Assembly (NCBI GenBank): GCA_034520945.1
Contig: JAXHNB010000001.1
Coordinates: 224,001-288,000, forward strand
Direction of reading: 5' to 3'
DNA: 64,000 nt
Source: Trueperaceae bacterium
GTDB lineage: Bacteria > Deinococcota > Deinococci > Deinococcales > Trueperaceae
The notes under the pieces were generated by a model. The model searched no databases. It saw only the letters and a list, made by a program, of their open reading frames with translations, and was not told where the DNA came from. Each line of letters begins with the position of its first letter. Position 1 is the stretch's first letter. This document shows positions 30,627 to 40,840 of the stretch, piece after piece. The translations under genes and the position numbers were made by a program.

Positions 30627-30712
30627 GCGCCGGTCGTCCGGGCGCGGACTCGCGTGTGCGTGCAGGGGGCGGATGCCCGGCGCCGCGGCCGGGCATCCCT
30701 GTACGCCTGCGC

Positions 30713-31331
30713 CTACTCCATCGGCGCGACGTCCTGCAGGAACGGCGGCAACGCCTTGGCGCCGTCCGGCACTTCGTCCCAGGACACGCGGCCGGCGCTG
30801 ACGATGGCGTCGGGCGCCAGCGCGGGATCGTTGAGCACCATGGCGGCGGTGCCATCGACGGCCATCGGCCCGCACCTCCGTGATCGGCGCGGCGCCGGGG
30901 CCGGTGGGTTCGCCGACCACGATGCGCATCACCATGCCGAAGATCTCGTGCGGGGCGCACCACACGTCGTGCACGCCGGGGGCGTCGAAGGTGTACGACC
31001 CCGACTCGCCTACCGGGATCACGGGCGAGGAGAACGGCGGCACGCCCTCGGGGACGCGCAGGGGCTTCCCTTGCGCCGGGATGGTAGGCGGTGACGGTGT
31101 GGTGGGCGTGGCGGCGACGAAGCGGACCGTGTCGCCGGGCTGCACGTGGAGGTTGGCGGGCTCGAAGAAGTAACCGGGAGGCGCGGCCTACCTCACGATG
31201 AGCAGCTGACGCGTGCGTTCGTTGGGCGCCGGGTGCTTTTGCGGGCTCGAAGAAGTAGAACTCCGGGAAGGCGCGGCCCCACCTCACGAATGAGCAGCTG
31301 TACCGCGTGCGTTCGTTGGGCGCCGGGTCAC
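30713..31331 (-). CDS. type-1 blue copper (halocyanin/plastocyanin-like) protein, disrupted by frameshifts and a duplication
   Basis: FFEPANLHVQPGDTVRF, HTVTAYHP, GVHDVWCAPHEIFGMVMRIVV across frames; 5' end uncertain. Confidence 0.7.
31156..31328. repeat. imperfect tandem duplication (~80-88 bp)
   Basis: gcgggctcgaagaagta...gcgtgcgttcgttgggcgccgggt at 31156-31234 and 31241-31328. Confidence 0.85.
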
Positions 31332-31357
31332 GCTCCGCCGTCAGAGGAGTGCGTCGT

Positions 31358-32030
31358 TCACCCGCACGCTTCGCCCCCCGCCCGCGCCACGACCTCCACG
31401 AACACGTCGAAGGCGTCGGCCACGTCGATCACGCCGAGGGTGCTCTCCGGTTCGATGCCGTGCTCGGTCATGTGGGTCGTCAGGGTCGCGCGGAAGCGCC
31501 AGGTGCCGTCGACGTTGCGGGACACGCGGACGGGGACGCGCGCATCGCGCGTCTCCCCGTGGAGGCGGAAGGTGCCCTCCACCATCAGGTCGCCGTCCTC
31601 TCCCTGTGACACGGCGTCCGACGTGAACGTGATCTCCGGGTAGGCGACGGCGTCCAGGAACGCCGGGCCCAGCATCTCCGCCTGCAGGTCTTGGCGCGTG
31701 TCCGCCCCTGGGCGCGACGACAGGCCGGACGCCTCCATGGCGGCGTCGGTGTCCAGCACGAGGGCGCGCGTGGGGACCGGTGAGCTGGACGCTGGAGGCG
31801 GCCGGGTCGTCCTGCGCGTAGCAGAGCCGTCCCGACCATTCGGTGGCGAGGATGGCGTGGTCGTGCCCCAGGAAGCCGAGGGCGCCGGCGCGGCCGGTGA
31901 CGGCGTAGACGGAGGAGCGCTCGCGGTCGATCTCGAAACGCATCGCTTGCGCCTCGGCGTTCTGCGACGCGAACCCCAAGACGAGCAGGAGAAGTGCCGA
32001 TGCGGCGAAGCTGCGGGCGTGCCCTGGCAT
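31358..32030 (-). CDS. YceI-family exported protein (frameshift ~31785)
   Basis: Signal peptide; LGHDH; FLDAVAYPEITFTS, GTFRLHGETR. Confidence 0.75.
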
Positions 32031-32187
32031 GGAATCACCTCGCCGTCATGGTAGAGCGGAGGCGCCGAGTTTCACGTGAGCCACCCGGGCTGGCACATCG
32101 CACTGCGCGTACCTGGCCGGGATCGGTCACCCGCCGTACGTCTGGGCACTAAGATGCGACTCAGGAGACGAGGGAGGAGGTCGACCG

Positions 32188-33597
32188 ATGGTGTGTAACG
32201 CTCGGTTGTTCGGTGGCTTGGTGGTAGGACTGGGGCTCGTCGTGCCGCTCGCCCTTGCGCAGGGCGAGCCGAGTGGCGCGTACGGCATGTTGGAGTTCGG
32301 CTCGAGCGTCGAGCGGCGCATCGCCGGGCTTCCGCAGGGAGGGGCGGAGCTGCTCGTCTTTCACACCTACGTGGTGGAGGTTCCAGCCGGGGTGGACTCC
32401 GTCGACGTTGCGGTGGAGGGGTTCGGCCACGACATGGACGTCGCGGTGAAGGTGGGCGCACCGATCGTCGACTACGAGGACGTCGACGTGCTGGACGTCG
32501 AGGACACGCTCGATCCGCAGGTCACCGTCGAGGCGCCGGGTGGCACGCGCGTCTACGTCGACGTCCTGAACCTGTTGCCGGCCGAGGCGCGCTATCGCTT
32601 GACCGTCACCGCCGCCGACGGTGGGCGCGTGGAGGCCGGAGGTGAGGTTGGCGGAGCGGACGCCGTGGGCGAGGCGGACCGCGAAGAACGAAGGGCGGGC
32701 AACCCGTTGGCCGGGGCGAGAACCCCCTCGCGCCCGGCATCGACCCGTTCGCGGGCACCTTCGAAGGCGACGGGCTTCGCGCAGATTTCGAAGCGACCGA
32801 CGGGGGGTACGAAGGCACGTTCACCTTGGACGGGGCGCGCTACGACTTGCAGGCGACCGCGGACGAGGAACGCCTCACGGGTCGGTTCCGGAGCGACGGC
32901 GACGCGTTCGCGTTCACGGCGTGGTTCGAGGGCGACGCGTTGCTGATCGAGTCCGGCGGAGCACGGTACGCGTTGTCGCCGGTAGGGCCGACCGAGAATC
33001 CCTTGGCGGGGGTGCCTGGGGATGAACCCGCGGCCGGCGCAAGCGCCCCGCCCGAGGGGCGCGGCCCGGTCCTCACGGAAGGCGCGCACGGCACGCTGTA
33101 CGAGGACGACGCGCGCGCATTCCTCGAAGCGCTCGAGTTCTCGCTCCAGCAGGTGGGATACGCCGGGGCCTTCTCCGCGGCCGAACGTGAACAGCTTCTG
33201 CAGGCCATCGCGCAGGCGTACCCCACGCTCGCGCCGGACGAACAGGCGGTCCTGGCGCAGGCGCGGCAGGTGTGGACCCGCGTGCAGAGCCAATTGGCAG
33301 CAGGCGAGCGTGGCCGAGCGCGAACAGTTCGTGATGGGCGTGTTCGTGCTGGCGTTCGGCGAGCAGGCGATGCAGCAGGCCGCGGCCGCAGCCGGCGGGG
33401 CCGGCGGGGGCGGCGCGGGCGCCTCGGCTGCCTGCAGCGACATCGACGCTTGCATCTCGCAGTACGCCGACCCCGGCACGCTGAGCGACACCATGAACGC
33501 GCAGAGCTGCTGGGCCGCGGCCGGATGTTCCGGCTACGACCCCGTCACCAACGACTTCAGCTACGACAGCTACGACAGCTACGGCGACGGCTACTGA
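32188..33597 (+). CDS. exported multidomain hypothetical protein (frameshifts ~32720, ~33295)
   Basis: ggaggag RBS; signal peptide; PPC-like N-terminal beta domain; reading continues in track ORFs 32826.. and 33022..33597. Confidence 0.6.
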
Positions 33598-33747
33598 CGC
33601 TGGAGCGTCGCGACGGCCGAGTGAGCACGCGATCTGGGGGCCGTGGCGCGGCGAGGCGCACGGCCCCGGCTGTGAGCCGCGTCAAGGACGCGACCGACAC
33701 GGCGCGCGCCTCGACCTATGCTTCGGTGCGCAACATTAAGGAGGATC

Positions 33748-34344
33748 GTGTCGAACCAGCGAGCTAGCAAGCGACGAGGAAAGAACGCGCCAGGCCGGGG
33801 CCGGCGGACCCGTTGGCTGGCGGGAGGTGCCGCGGGGCTCCTCCTCGCCGCCATCGCGGGCTTCTGGGCGATCGGGCTGTCCGGGGGCGAGGGCGGACCG
33901 ACCGACTTCGCGATGGTCGCCTACCAAGGACAGGACGTATTGGGCGGCGACGAGCCCGACTTCCGCGACGTGGTGGGGCAGGGCACGCCGTTGGTCCTGA
34001 ACTTCTGGGCGGCGTCGTGTCCGCCCTGCCGCGAGGAGATGCCCGGCTTCCAGCGGGTGCACGACGAGATGGGGGACGACTTCATCATGCTGGGCGTCGA
34101 CATCGGCCCGTTCGTGCGTCTCGGCACGCACGAGGGGGCGCGGGCGTTCCTGGCGGAGTACGGGATCGACTACCCGGCCGCCTACGCCGTCAGCGCCGAT
34201 GTCGTGCAGGACTACGAGGTGCGGGGCATGCCGACGACCGTGTTCTTCGACGGCGACGGCCGAATGGTGAACAAGCACACCGGCTACATGCCCGAGGCGC
34301 AGCTTCGCCGCGAACTGGAAGGCCTGCTGGCCTCGGCGGAGTGA
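33748..34344 (+). CDS. TlpA-family redoxin
   Basis: LVLNFWAASCPPCREEMP, GMPTTVF; aggagg RBS. Confidence 0.88.
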   Translation: MSNQRASKRRGKNAPGRGRRTRWLAGGAAGLLLAAIAGFWAIGLSGGEGGPTDFAMVAYQGQDVLGGDEPDFRDVVGQGTPLVLNFWAASCPPCREEMPGFQRVHDEMGDDFIMLGVDIGPFVRLGTHEGARAFLAEYGIDYPAAYAVSADVVQDYEVRGMPTTVFFDGDGRMVNKHTGYMPEAQLRRELEGLLASAE

Positions 34345-34348
34345 TCGG

Positions 34349-35222
34349 GTGTCCCCGATGCTCGTGAAGCGTGTAGGGGGGATCGCCGGGCTGGTGGTGG
34401 CAGCCCTGGGTGCGGCCGTCGTGGGCGCGATGCTGACGCCCGGCAACGTCGGCGCGGTGAACCAAGGGGTCGAGGCGCTCTCCGCCGGCTCGAGCGGGGC
34501 GTTGGACCGCATCGCCTCGCTGCTGCCGTTCGGCTTCGCGTTCGGGGCCGGCATGGTGTCGGCCGTCAACCCCTGCGGGTTCGCGATGCTGCCCGCCTAC
34601 CTCGGTCTGTACCTGCGGGGCGACGCCGGCCCGAACGCCTCGCTCGCGGGGCGCATGGGCCGCGCCGTGCTCGTCGGGCTGATCGTCACACTGGGCTTCG
34701 TACTGCTGTTCGGATTGGCCGGCTTCGCGCTGGGGATCGGAACGCGCTCGCTGGCTGGGGTGTTCCCCTGGCTGGGCCTGGCCACCGGCGTGCTACTCAC
34801 CGATCGTAGGGGCGTGGCTGTGGTTCGGCGGCTCGCTCTACACCCACGTCGGCGAGCGGATGTCCCAGGGCGTGACGGGCCTGGACGGACGCGGGCTGCG
34901 GGGCTACTTCGCCTTCGGCCTGGCGTACGGCCTGGCGTCGCTGAGCTGCACGCTGCCGGTGTTCCTGGCCGTCGTCGGCAGCAGCCTGACGCTGGCCAGC
35001 CTGCCGGAGATGGGCCTGCAACTGGTGGCGTACGGCCTGGGCATGGGCTTCGTGATCACGGTGCTGACGGTCAGCCTGGCGGCGTTCCGCCAGGCGCTGG
35101 TCGACCGGGCCAAGCGCGCGGTTCGCTACGTCACGCCCATCAGTGCTGCCCTCATGCTGGTTGCCGGCGCCTACATCGTGTACTACTGGCTGACGATCGG
35201 TGGCCTGCGGTTGGTCGGGTAG
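34349..35222 (+). CDS. second CcdA-family membrane reductant transporter (frameshift ~34800)
   Basis: AVNPCGFAMLPAYL and ASLSCTLPVF motifs in adjacent frames. Confidence 0.82.
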
Positions 35223-35269
35223 CGCTCGCCCCCCGCGTGGCCCGCCCGCCGCACTGGGCGCGCTAGGCT

Positions 35270-35800
35270 ATGCGCATGTCCGATCCCGCCACGGTGCTGC
35301 TCGAAGAGATCGTTGCCGGCCTGCGGGCCCAGAAGGAGCTCGCGGAGCGTGCGCTGCTGCAGCTCGACCCCCATGAGTGGCACGCCCGCCTGAGTGATCA
35401 CGGCAACTCGGTCGCCGTGCTGGTGCGGCACATGGCCGGCAACATGCGCTCGCGCTGGCGTGACTTCCTGCACAGCGACGGCGAGAAGCCGGACCGCGAC
35501 CGCGACGGCGAGTTCGAGCTCGGGGACGAGTCGCCGGAGACGCTGTGGCGCCAGTGGGAGGAGGGGTGGCGCACCGCCTTCGACGCAGTCGAGGCGCTGA
35601 CGCCCGCGGACCTGACCCGCACCGTCACCGTGCGCGGCCGGCCGCAACCGGCCGCGCGGGCGCTGATCCGGCAGTTGGACCACTACGGGCAGCACGTGGG
35701 GCAGATCCTGTTCCTCGCCAAGCACCTGCGCGGGGCGTCGTGGCAGCCGCTCTCGATCCAGGCGCGCCGCGCCCGCGACGCCGCCTCCGAAGAGCGCTGA
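35270..35800 (+). CDS. DinB superfamily protein (DUF1572-like)
   Basis: NSVAVLVRHMAGNMRSRW.DFL.SDGEKP.RDRDGEF, HYGQHVGQI. Confidence 0.85.
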   Translation: MRMSDPATVLLEEIVAGLRAQKELAERALLQLDPHEWHARLSDHGNSVAVLVRHMAGNMRSRWRDFLHSDGEKPDRDRDGEFELGDESPETLWRQWEEGWRTAFDAVEALTPADLTRTVTVRGRPQPAARALIRQLDHYGQHVGQILFLAKHLRGASWQPLSIQARRARDAASEER

Positions 35801-35889
35801 GGGTTCGAACGTCACGCGCGCCCGTCGTGCGCGTCCCTGTGTCCTGGCGAACGATGACGATGAGCCGCTGAGCCTAAGGTAGGCACGTC

Positions 35890-36282
35890 GTGCAGCCTCG
35901 TTGTGTTCGTCTATCCTGGTTCAGCGCGGTCTCGGTCCGCTTCCTGTTCCTCGTGCTCGTCTCAGGCCTTCCGCAGCTGGCGGTCGCGCTGGAGGACGGC
36001 ACCGGACACGTGGAGCAGCAGGAGATCCGCGCCGTATGGCGCGTGCTGTTCTTCGACCGCGGGCCGACGCCTGCGGGCCCCTCGATCGTCGCGACGCCCG
36101 TCGCCCTTCAGGCGGGGGCCCTGCCCGGACATGCGTCCGCGTTTCAGCGCTGGGAACGCGACCGGGCCTGCTCGGCGCGGCGCGTCGTGGACGGAACCAC
36201 CGAACCAGGTGCGCTCGGACCCTCCAAGCGCGTGATGACCGAGCTCCGTACGCGATCACGGCACGACTCGAACTACGTCTGA
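35890..36282 (+). CDS. hypothetical protein
   Basis: ORF with hydrophobic N-terminus filling the gap; no motif recognised. Confidence 0.3.
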   Translation: MQPRCVRLSWFSAVSVRFLFLVLVSGLPQLAVALEDGTGHVEQQEIRAVWRVLFFDRGPTPAGPSIVATPVALQAGALPGHASAFQRWERDRACSARRVVDGTTEPGALGPSKRVMTELRTRSRHDSNYV

Positions 36283-36376
36283 CGCCGTTCCGTCTCCCGA
36301 CGATTCGAAGGCGCCCGCGCACGTCGGGCGCATGGTAGCGTGCCCGCATCCCGCGGGCAGGAAGGAATGACTTAGC

Positions 36377-36970
36377 ATGACGCAACAATCCACTACAGCC
36401 ACCGTACCGACCTGGGTCAAGTTGGCCGTCGCCGTTCTCCTCGTCCTGTCGCTCTGGGCCTTGTTCTCGGCCCGTTCGGCCACCTCGACGGCGAACGACA
36501 ACCAACAACGCCTGCAGGTGCCCGAGATCCAACTCAGCCTCGTTCCCGGCGCCCCCGAACGGTTCCCGGACGCGTTCGAGGAGGCCGTGGGCGATGCGGG
36601 CGCCGAGGAGTTGGACGTAGACGCCCTGAACTGGGTGACCGTCCTGGTTCGGAACGTCGGGGGCGCCGACGCCGAGGACGTGATCCTCGAAGGTCGGATG
36701 CTGGGGGCCGACAGCGTCGAAGCCATCGGGGAGACGTCCAGTTTCCAGGACTTCGAAGTCGCGGTGGAGGAAGGCGCGTTGCAGATGACGCTCAACGACG
36801 TCGACGCCGGCGAGACCGGGCGCGTGTTCCTCGGCTTCCCCAATGACGCGCTGCCCGAGGAGGTCGTCGCGAACTGGGCGGCGAATTACCAGCTCGCCAT
36901 CGATCGCGTGATCGCGCGGGAGGAAGACGGGGACGAACCGATGGTCACGCTGTTCGGCGCCGCCATGTAG
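36377..36970 (+). CDS. hypothetical membrane-anchored acidic protein
   Basis: gaagga RBS; N-terminal TM; beta-rich acidic domain. Confidence 0.7.
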   Translation: MTQQSTTATVPTWVKLAVAVLLVLSLWALFSARSATSTANDNQQRLQVPEIQLSLVPGAPERFPDAFEEAVGDAGAEELDVDALNWVTVLVRNVGGADAEDVILEGRMLGADSVEAIGETSSFQDFEVAVEEGALQMTLNDVDAGETGRVFLGFPNDALPEEVVANWAANYQLAIDRVIAREEDGDEPMVTLFGAAM

Positions 36971-37001
36971 CGCCGAGCCGCCGCACGCCTTCGCCGTACC
37001 C

Positions 37002-37035
37002 GCGATGGGCCCGATCGACGCGTCGGGCCCATCGC
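37002..37035. terminator. 13-bp hairpin
   Basis: gcgatgggcccga ... tcgggcccatcgc, between convergent genes. Confidence 0.5.
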
Positions 37036-37185
37036 TGGTACGTGACGAGGCCTACCCTGCTCTGCAGCGTGCGAGACGTGGTTCGCTGCCGACCACGAAG
37101 TGCGCCACGCCGTAGGTGCCGGGCGCGACCGGGTGGCCGTTCGGCGCGTCAATGTTGGCGGCGTGCATGGCCGAGGCCGGGGGCC

Positions 37186-37815
37186 TCACGCCGGGGGCAC
37201 GTGGCCGCCGGGATCCTTCTCGCCGGCCGTCACCGCGAGCGCCAGGGTGTTTCCCGGCGGGGCCAGGGGGCACACCCAGTCCGGGTGGTAGGCGCACGAC
37301 GGGTTGTAGGCGTAGTTGAAGTCCAGCACCAGCGTGCCGGCCTCGCTGCCCAGGTCGGCGTGCTTGATGGTGTCCAGGAGGTAGCGCCCCCCGCCGTAGC
37401 TCTCCCTGCCGGAGGTGGCGTCGCGAAAGGGCACGAACAGCCCGCCGCCGTACCCGCTCAGCCAGTACGCGTCCAGCGCGTGACGCTCCCCGGTCAGCTC
37501 GAAGGTCAGCCGCGCCACCCGCGCCAGCCGCAGCCGGCCGTCCCGGCCCGCGTCCACCTCCAAGACGGTGCGGTCCACCTCCCCGTCCCAGACGGCGGTG
37601 GTGCGCCAACTCGGGTGGTACGGATGGTAGGGCAGCCCCCGGAAGCCTGGGCGCTGCGCCGCGCTCAGCGGCGAGGCGGGATGCGTGGCGAACAGCCGGT
37701 CCTTCTCCCGACGGAACGCGGCGCAGCGGGCGTCGGGCGGGCTTGCGTCGTCGCGGACCCGCGCGTACATCGCCGCCACCTCCCGGCGGTAGTCCAGTAG
37801 GTCGAGCTCGTCCAC
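37186..37815 (-). CDS. DUF1684 family protein
   Basis: LFVPFRDATSG.ESYGGGRYL, LDFNYAYNPSCAY...CPLAP; gaggagg RBS before GTG 37815. Confidence 0.88.
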   Translation of the reverse strand: MDELDLLDYRREVAAMYARVRDDASPPDARCAAFRREKDRLFATHPASPLSAAQRPGFRGLPYHPYHPSWRTTAVWDGEVDRTVLEVDAGRDGRLRLARVARLTFELTGERHALDAYWLSGYGGGLFVPFRDATSGRESYGGGRYLLDTIKHADLGSEAGTLVLDFNYAYNPSCAYHPDWVCPLAPPGNTLALAVTAGEKDPGGHVPPA

Positions 37816-38119
37816 GCGTCCTCCTCGGCGTTGGTCCCGCACGGGCGGGTCGATCGGCGGCCGTGCGCCGCCCACCAGGTTCCCGCCGACCCGCGACGCC
37901 TCCATCATCGCCCAGCCGCGGCCGTACGTGAACGCTTCGCCGCCGCCCAGGCGGTCGCCCCACGCTTCCAGCGAGGGTGCCTCGCAGGGGACGCTCGAGG
38001 GCATGACGCGCGTGCCTTCCTCGTCCGATCCGGGAACGGGCGGCCCGTTCATGACGCGCGGTACCCTGAGCGGGCCCTCGCACGCCGCCGGTGCGGGCTC
38101 GAAAGGGAAGGATCGTGCC

Positions 38120-39472
38120 ATGCCCCAGACGATTGCGCCCTCCCCCTTCCACCTGATGGCCAAGCCCACGGGCGCGATCTGCAACCTCGCGTGCGACTAC
38201 TGCTACTTCCTGTCCAAGGAGGCGCTCTACCCCGGCTCGTCGTTTCGGATGTCCGACGAGGTGCTCGAGGCCTACGTGCGCGGGACCCTCGAGGCCCAGC
38301 CGGGGCCCGAGGTGACCTTTGCGTGGCAAGGGGGCGAACCGACGCTGATCGGTTTGGACTTCTTCGAACGGGCCGTCGCGTTGCAGCGGCACTACCGCCG
38401 GCCCGGCGTGCGCGTCCACAACGCCGTACAGACCAACGGCACCCGCCTGGACGACGCCTGGGCGCGGTTCTTCCGCCGGCACGACTTCCTGGTGGGGATC
38501 TCCCTGGACGGCCCCCGCGAGCTGCACGACGCCTACCGGGTCGACAAGCGGGGCGGAGGCACCTTCGATCGGGTCATGGAGGGCCTCGCGGTGCTGCGGC
38601 GCCACGCCGTCGACGTCAACGTGTTGACCACCGTCCATGCGGCCAATGCGCCCCGACCCCTGGACGTGTACCGCTTCCTCCGCGACGAGGCGGGGGCTCG
38701 CTTCGTCCAGTTCATCCCCATCGTCGAACGGCGCGACCCTGACGGGTTCCAGCGCGGGGAGAGGCTCAGCGATCGCTCCGTCGGGGCCCGCGCCTACGGG
38801 CGATTCCTGACCGCGGTGTTCGACGCGTGGGTGCGCAGGGACGTGGGGCGGGTGTTCGTGCAGCTGTTCGACGAGACCCTCGCCAAGCACGCCGGCGAGC
38901 GCGGCAGCCTGTGCGTGTTTCAGGAGACCTGCGGCGACGCGCTGGCGCTAGAGCACAACGGCGACGTCTACGCCTGCGACCACTACGTCGAGCCCGACCA
39001 CCTGCGTGGCAATCTCCTCCGGGACCGCCTGGCGGATCTCGTCGCGTCCCCGGCCCAGCGCGCCTTCGGCCGCGCCAAGCGTGGTGCGTTGCCCGCCGCC
39101 TGCCGGTCGTGCGAGGTGCGCTGGCTGTGCCACGGCGGCTGTCCCAAGGACCGTGTGGCCCGTACGCGGGACGGCCATCCGGGCCTGAATCACCTGTGCG
39201 AGGGCTACCGCCGGTTCTTCACGCACACCGCGCCCTACATGCGTTTCATGGCGAACGAACTGCGAAACGGGCAGCCGCCGGCGAACGTGATGCACGCCGT
39301 CCGGGCGTCCGACGCGCAGTCCGGAACGGGGCGTCGGTTCGTCGGCACGGCGGCGCGGACCGATGCAGACGTGCGACGTGTGGACGGCCCCGCGATCGCG
39401 GGTGGCGTGAGCCGGAACGCGCCCTGTCCCTGCGGCAGCGGACGCAAGCGCAAGCACTGCTGCGGTTCGTGA
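38120..39472 (+). CDS. anaerobic sulfatase maturase (radical SAM/SPASM, C-terminal SEC-C motif)
   Basis: AKPTGAICNLACDYCY, WQGGEP, QTNG, SPASM cysteines, RNAPCPCGSGRKRKHCC. Confidence 0.93.
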   Translation: MPQTIAPSPFHLMAKPTGAICNLACDYCYFLSKEALYPGSSFRMSDEVLEAYVRGTLEAQPGPEVTFAWQGGEPTLIGLDFFERAVALQRHYRRPGVRVHNAVQTNGTRLDDAWARFFRRHDFLVGISLDGPRELHDAYRVDKRGGGTFDRVMEGLAVLRRHAVDVNVLTTVHAANAPRPLDVYRFLRDEAGARFVQFIPIVERRDPDGFQRGERLSDRSVGARAYGRFLTAVFDAWVRRDVGRVFVQLFDETLAKHAGERGSLCVFQETCGDALALEHNGDVYACDHYVEPDHLRGNLLRDRLADLVASPAQRAFGRAKRGALPAACRSCEVRWLCHGGCPKDRVARTRDGHPGLNHLCEGYRRFFTHTAPYMRFMANELRNGQPPANVMHAVRASDAQSGTGRRFVGTAARTDADVRRVDGPAIAGGVSRNAPCPCGSGRKRKHCCGS

Positions 39473-39526
39473 GCGGCGCGCGGCCCGATCGCGACCGGCC
39501 CGCAGGATCTGTGGGCCCTGTGCGTC

Positions 39527-40726
39527 GTGTCCGGCGTGTTCATCACCGGCCACGCCATGATCGGCCTGTTGGTGCCGATCGCCGCGGCCCGCGCCGGCGT
39601 GCCGCCCACCGGCATCGGAGCGCTGATGTCGGCGCAGTTCGTGCTGCCGTTCCTGCTCGGCATCCCCATCGGCGGGTGGCTGGACCGGAGCAAGGCGCGC
39701 ACGCCCATGCTGATTTCGGCCGCCCTGATGGTGTGCGTACCGTGGGCCGCCGTGGCGGTGCCGTCGGTGGCCGGTCTGTTGGTGGTGGCGGTGACGGCGG
39801 GGTTGGCGCAGCTCACCTTCGTGCTGGCGGCGCAACGGCTTGTCGCCAGCCACGGCGCCGGGCCGGCCGGCGAACGGGCGTTCGGTTGGTTCAGCACGTT
39901 TCAGTCCGGCGGGCGCATGGCGGGGCCGCTGGCGGCGGGCGTCCTGGTCGACCTCGGCGGGGTCGCCGCCGGCTTCGCGGGGAGTGCCGCGATGTACGCC
40001 GCGGCGATGGCGGGGACGCTCCGCACCCGGCGAGGCCCGTCCCCGGACCGGTCCCACGAGGTCGGGACGTGGCGTGCCCGCGCCCGCGATCAGGCGGGGA
40101 CCCTGCTCGCGAACCCCGGCATGCGCATCGCGCTGGTGGTGAGTTGCGGCGTGCTGATGGTGCACGCGGTGCGGCAGGCCTTCCTGCCGGTGTACCTGGA
40201 GTCCCTGGCGTTCTCCGGGACGCGGATCGGCATGGTGATGGCCACCGTGGGGTTGGCCTCGATGCTGGTCCGGCCGTTCGTGGCGCAGGTGGTGCGGGTC
40301 TTCGGCAGCCGGTCGCGCAGCCTGATCGCGACCGTCGGCTTTGTGGTGGCGGGCACGGCCGCGGTCACCTTCCTGCATGGTTTCGGGCCGTTGTTGGCGG
40401 CGATGGTCGTGGTGGGCGTCGGCTCGGGCATCACCCAGCCGCTGTCGCTGGCCGTGGTCAGTGATCACGTGCCCCGCCGCATGCTGGGCTTCGCGCTCGG
40501 CTTTCGCATGACCGGCAACCGCGCCGCGCAGTTGGTCGCGCCGGTCGCGCTGGGGCTGGTGGCGGAAGCGGCCGGGGTGCATTGGGTGTTCGTCGGGGCC
40601 GGCGCGTTGCTGCTGGGCGGACTGCCGCTGTTGGTGCGATGGCGGGCGCCGTTCGAGCAGGACGAAGGGTCGTTGCGCCAGCGGCGGGCGGACGCGGACC
40701 GGGCCACGGGCGGTCGCGCGCCGTAG
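39527..40726 (+). CDS. MFS transporter
   Basis: About 12 TM segments; GGWLDR motif-A-like. The true start may be GTG 39469 with a frameshift. Confidence 0.8.
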   Translation: MSGVFITGHAMIGLLVPIAAARAGVPPTGIGALMSAQFVLPFLLGIPIGGWLDRSKARTPMLISAALMVCVPWAAVAVPSVAGLLVVAVTAGLAQLTFVLAAQRLVASHGAGPAGERAFGWFSTFQSGGRMAGPLAAGVLVDLGGVAAGFAGSAAMYAAAMAGTLRTRRGPSPDRSHEVGTWRARARDQAGTLLANPGMRIALVVSCGVLMVHAVRQAFLPVYLESLAFSGTRIGMVMATVGLASMLVRPFVAQVVRVFGSRSRSLIATVGFVVAGTAAVTFLHGFGPLLAAMVVVGVGSGITQPLSLAVVSDHVPRRMLGFALGFRMTGNRAAQLVAPVALGLVAEAAGVHWVFVGAGALLLGGLPLLVRWRAPFEQDEGSLRQRRADADRATGGRAP

Positions 40727-40840
40727 GGCGAAGCCCCTGTTTTCCACACGACCCGACGTAGCACGACCTTCCGTCCTCGGCGCGAATCGGTGTGTACGCG
40801 CTGGGGGCGCAGGGTGTGCGCAGGAACGGCGACGCCGGCG

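Noticed and set aside
31156..31328. Tandem repeat as a mini-CRISPR or mobile element end
   Set aside because: Only two long imperfect copies of coding sequence, with no spacer pattern and no cas genes
33558..33594. 9-bp tandem repeat (cagctacga)
   Set aside because: Simply encodes the SYDSYDSY tail of the protein
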